From Candidatus Latescibacterota bacterium (GTDB lineage Bacteria; Latescibacterota; UBA2968; SICM01): 64,000 bases of DNA. A program made the translations under genes and the position numbers. Numbering within the stretch: the first letter of the stretch is position 1; each line of letters starts with the position of its first letter. Location: contig CBDCJO010000002.1 of the NCBI GenBank assembly GCA_965217865.1, positions 3,968,001-4,032,000 of the forward strand. Direction: 5' to 3'. The notes under the pieces were generated by a model. It made no database searches, was not told where the DNA came from, and saw nothing but the letters and a program-made list of their open reading frames with translations. Shown here in pieces: positions 61,540 through 64,000 of this stretch.

Positions 61540-61730
61540 GATCCCTCGACTACGCAGCGCTGAGGCGCTGCTCCGCTCAGGATGTAGTCTTTCGACTACG
61601 CGGCAAAACCACCGTGGAGTTTAACCTGAGTCCCCTTCGACTCCCCTTCGTTCCGCTCAGGGCCGGGGCTTCGACAAGCTCAGGATAGACTTTGTCGAAG
61701 GGCTCGGGCCTTGGCTTTCGAAACAATCAA
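61540..61730. repeat. CTTCGAC...CTCAGG palindromic repeat cluster
   Basis: Nested units; shares CGACTACGCGGCAAAA and TGGCTTTCGAAACAATC with 19155-19215. Confidence 0.8.
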
Positions 61731-61756
61731 CATTCACTTCAAAGAGGACGTCTTTT

Positions 61757-62605
61757 ATGCCCGCACGCAAACGGGGAAAAAAACAGAGGCGGCTCACAGA
61801 AGAGCAGAGGCAGCAACTGGCGATCGACGGTTATCTGGTTTTGAAGCAAGTGCTGTCACGTTCTGATATAGACCGGCTCACCGGGGAGGTGAACCGGCTC
61901 TACAGGAATCATTTAAGGCAACACAGTGACGAGAAATCGCAGAAGGGGATGGACCGTAGAAATGTTATGGAAGACAGCGATGTCTTCGTGGAGCTGATCG
62001 ATTTCCCGTCCACGTTCCACCTGATGCTGGACCTGCTGGGGCCAAACATCCAGCTGAGCATGTCCGAGGTCGTGGTGCGACCTCCCATCCCGGGTTTTAA
62101 AGGGTATATTCACACAGACGGCGGACAGGCGATGCGTAGGATCCGTGTGACCGAGACAAGCTGGCCGCTTCAATTGAAGATTCAGTACTTTCTGACGGAT
62201 TTACGGAAGCCAAATTGTGGGAACTTTGTGGTGTTTCCCGGCAGTCACCTCAGGCCTTTTCCGGAAGGGGAAAATCCTGTGAGCGTTGAGACCCCGGGAG
62301 CTGTGCAGCTCTGTGTGAGGGCGGGAGACGCGGCGGTTTTTTCCCACTCTCTCTGGCACGGTGCAGGGCCGAACCTGTCGCGCCGGGCCCGAAAAACGCT
62401 GATCTACTGCTACAGCCAGATGTGCTTCCGTCCGTTCGACTTCGAAAAACCCACACCGGACTTGTTGAAACGGTGTTCGCCGAGACAGCGCCGACTGCTG
62501 GGAGACACGGGCCGCGAATGGCGTCACGGTGCCTATTTCTACGCCCCGCCGGATCAGGTCAAGATCATGGCCCGGCGATCACCGGCTAGTCGGGGGCGAA
62601 TCTAA
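61757..62605 (+). CDS. PhyH-family Fe(II)/2OG dioxygenase
   Basis: IHTD, GNFVVFPGSH, AGDA..F...LWHG...N...RK motifs. Confidence 0.9.
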   Translation: MPARKRGKKQRRLTEEQRQQLAIDGYLVLKQVLSRSDIDRLTGEVNRLYRNHLRQHSDEKSQKGMDRRNVMEDSDVFVELIDFPSTFHLMLDLLGPNIQLSMSEVVVRPPIPGFKGYIHTDGGQAMRRIRVTETSWPLQLKIQYFLTDLRKPNCGNFVVFPGSHLRPFPEGENPVSVETPGAVQLCVRAGDAAVFSHSLWHGAGPNLSRRARKTLIYCYSQMCFRPFDFEKPTPDLLKRCSPRQRRLLGDTGREWRHGAYFYAPPDQVKIMARRSPASRGRI

Positions 62606-63099
62606 CCCTTTGCGATTTCGGTACGCAGCGCAAAGCTTCTAGCGTCGATTGCACGGTCGGTCGCCAGGATTCCATCCAGGTGATCGATCTCGTGTTGAAG
62701 CAGTTCCGAGAGGCCGTTTCTCGCTTCCAGTTGTTGTTCTTCACCACTTTGGCGGGTGTAATTCACGGTGATTTCGACGCTGCGTTTCACCCGGACCATC
62801 AAGTCAGGAAAGGAGAAGCAATCGTCCCACAGCTCCATCTGCTCCGCGCTCGCCTTCACGACGGCCGGGTTGATCATGGGAAGCGGCTTGCCCACGTCGA
62901 TGAAGACGATGCGTTGAAGGACCCCGATCTGGGGGGCGGCGATGCCCCGTCCGAAACCGTGTCTGGAAACGAAGTCGGCCAGGGTGTCGCTCAGGTGGGC
63001 GATGATTTCACCCGTCTGACTTGATTTCACGTCCGTGACGGGCTTCGACGGTTTCCAGAGGACGGGGTTACCCAACAGAAGGATGTCACGAACAGCCAT
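62602..63099 (-). CDS. def: Peptide deformylase
   Basis: GRGIAAPQIG, DDCFS (variant of EGCLS) and QHEIDHLDG motifs. Confidence 0.88.
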   Translation of the reverse strand: MAVRDILLLGNPVLWKPSKPVTDVKSSQTGEIIAHLSDTLADFVSRHGFGRGIAAPQIGVLQRIVFIDVGKPLPMINPAVVKASAEQMELWDDCFSFPDLMVRVKRSVEITVNYTRQSGEEQQLEARNGLSELLQHEIDHLDGILATDRAIDARSFALRTEIAKG

Positions 63100-63138
63100 T
63101 TGGCTTCTCGGCACGTGTGAAGATTCAGGGGATTTCGT

Positions 63139-63999
63139 CTAATTCGAATTTCTAGGGAAGGCCATCCTGATCGCCTTTGGCACCACGGTCACCTCCAGGG
63201 TTGAACCTCCAGTCATCGCCTCGCCGTCCACCTGGAACCGACCGGGGCCGGGCCGCACAATCCGAAAACCCCGGGTGCGGATTAACTGACTTCCCGGCAT
63301 CTTGTCGATCGTGCCTGTGAACAGGCGTCGCACGTGCCAGAGGGTCCGCGGAAGCGTGTTGGTCTCAATAACACAGAGATCCAGAAGCCCGTCATCTGGA
63401 CGGGCCCCCGGTGCAATCATTACGCCATTTCCAAACTGGGAGGTGTTGGCCACGGTCAATATGGTCGGATGCACACGTAGATCCAGGCCTTCCTCCAACT
63501 TCACGCAGATATCCTCGGGTTTGTATGTGCAGAAGGCACCCAGCGTGAAAATCGCATAGGGTAGAAAACCACGAGGACCGCCCGACCTTTTGTTGCACTG
63601 CCAGCTTACCTCCGCATCCAGCGCCACACCCGCTGTTGAAAAAAAGAATTCTTCTCCGATTCTTCCGACATCAATCGGTTGGACGATGGCCTGGAACAGG
63701 TTCTCGCATGCCTTGCCAGGATTCCGTGGAATTCCAAGGGCGTGTGCAAAGGCGTTGCCCGATCCGGTGGGGAGAAGTCCCAGGACCGTCTCCTTCTTTT
63801 CCAATAGTCCTCTTCCCACTTCATTCAGGGTCCCGTCTCCGCCCACGGCCACTACGAGATCGACTCCATCGTCGGCTGCCTCCCGGGCGAGAGCGGTCCC
63901 GTGTCCCCGATACCCGGTTCGGACTACATCGTAGGTTACCCTTGACCCCTGTAACGCCTTCCGTATGGAATCCTCCACATTGCCACGCCGTTTTCCCGC
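63139..63999 (-). CDS. Diacylglycerol/lipid kinase family (YegS/BmrU); start lies beyond the window edge
   Basis: GGDGTLNEV, PTGSGNAFA, DDGLLD and QVDGE motifs. The frame is open to the edge (AGKRRGNV). Confidence 0.9.
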   Translation of the reverse strand, partial: AGKRRGNVEDSIRKALQGSRVTYDVVRTGYRGHGTALAREAADDGVDLVVAVGGDGTLNEVGRGLLEKKETVLGLLPTGSGNAFAHALGIPRNPGKACENLFQAIVQPIDVGRIGEEFFFSTAGVALDAEVSWQCNKRSGGPRGFLPYAIFTLGAFCTYKPEDICVKLEEGLDLRVHPTILTVANTSQFGNGVMIAPGARPDDGLLDLCVIETNTLPRTLWHVRRLFTGTIDKMPGSQLIRTRGFRIVRPGPGRFQVDGEAMTGGSTLEVTVVPKAIRMAFPRNSN

Positions 64000-64000
64000 C

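Noticed and set aside
36590-61730. Palindromic repeat clusters or heptamer arrays as CRISPR arrays
   Set aside because: There is no constant repeat with unique, equal-length spacers, and no cas genes.
62602-63099. DDCFS instead of EGCLS as an inactive or novel deformylase
   Set aside because: The metal ligands (Cys, HExxH) and the GxGxAAPQ motif are intact, so it is treated as an ordinary variant.

Overview
A 64 kb window from a GC-rich bacterium. The FlgD/T9SS-like C-terminal 'NxPNPFNP' domains, the dockerin-like 'DFDDFFxFA' motif and a DUF6785-type membrane protein suggest a Latescibacterota/FCB-adjacent lineage (inference only). Four blocks are present. (1) 0.3-18.5 kb: a sugar/sugar-acid/amino-sugar catabolic cluster (FGGY kinase, HpcH aldolase, YagF/YjhG dehydratase, three DapA-family lyases, DegT aminotransferase plus BNR protein, PhyH, MlrC, NagB-like, GH-like). 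(2) 19-38.7 kb: a beta-propeller sensor kinase, a four-helix-bundle gene between inverted 7-bp repeat arrays with an IS3 inserted inside, an internally deleted NtrC-type regulator, a response regulator, a ~3260-aa NHL/Ig/PKD/FN3 surface protein and a second FlgD-tailed protein. (3) 39-56 kb: tandem M24 peptidases and a second BNR+DegT pair with SDR, GT39 and GH genes. (4) 56-64 kb: assorted housekeeping-type genes. The strongest signal outside standard annotation is a heptamer-repeat system. Inverted 7-mer arrays flank the four-helix-bundle (IVP/Avd-like) gene, and gene-less inverted 7-mer cassettes are dispersed across the window, one of them in frame inside a kinase. Several REP-like palindrome families also occur, one of which has entered a coding sequence. 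Five to six single-base frameshifts look like sequencing errors. No rRNA, tRNA or CRISPR array was seen. All family assignments come from reading motifs by eye, not from database searches.
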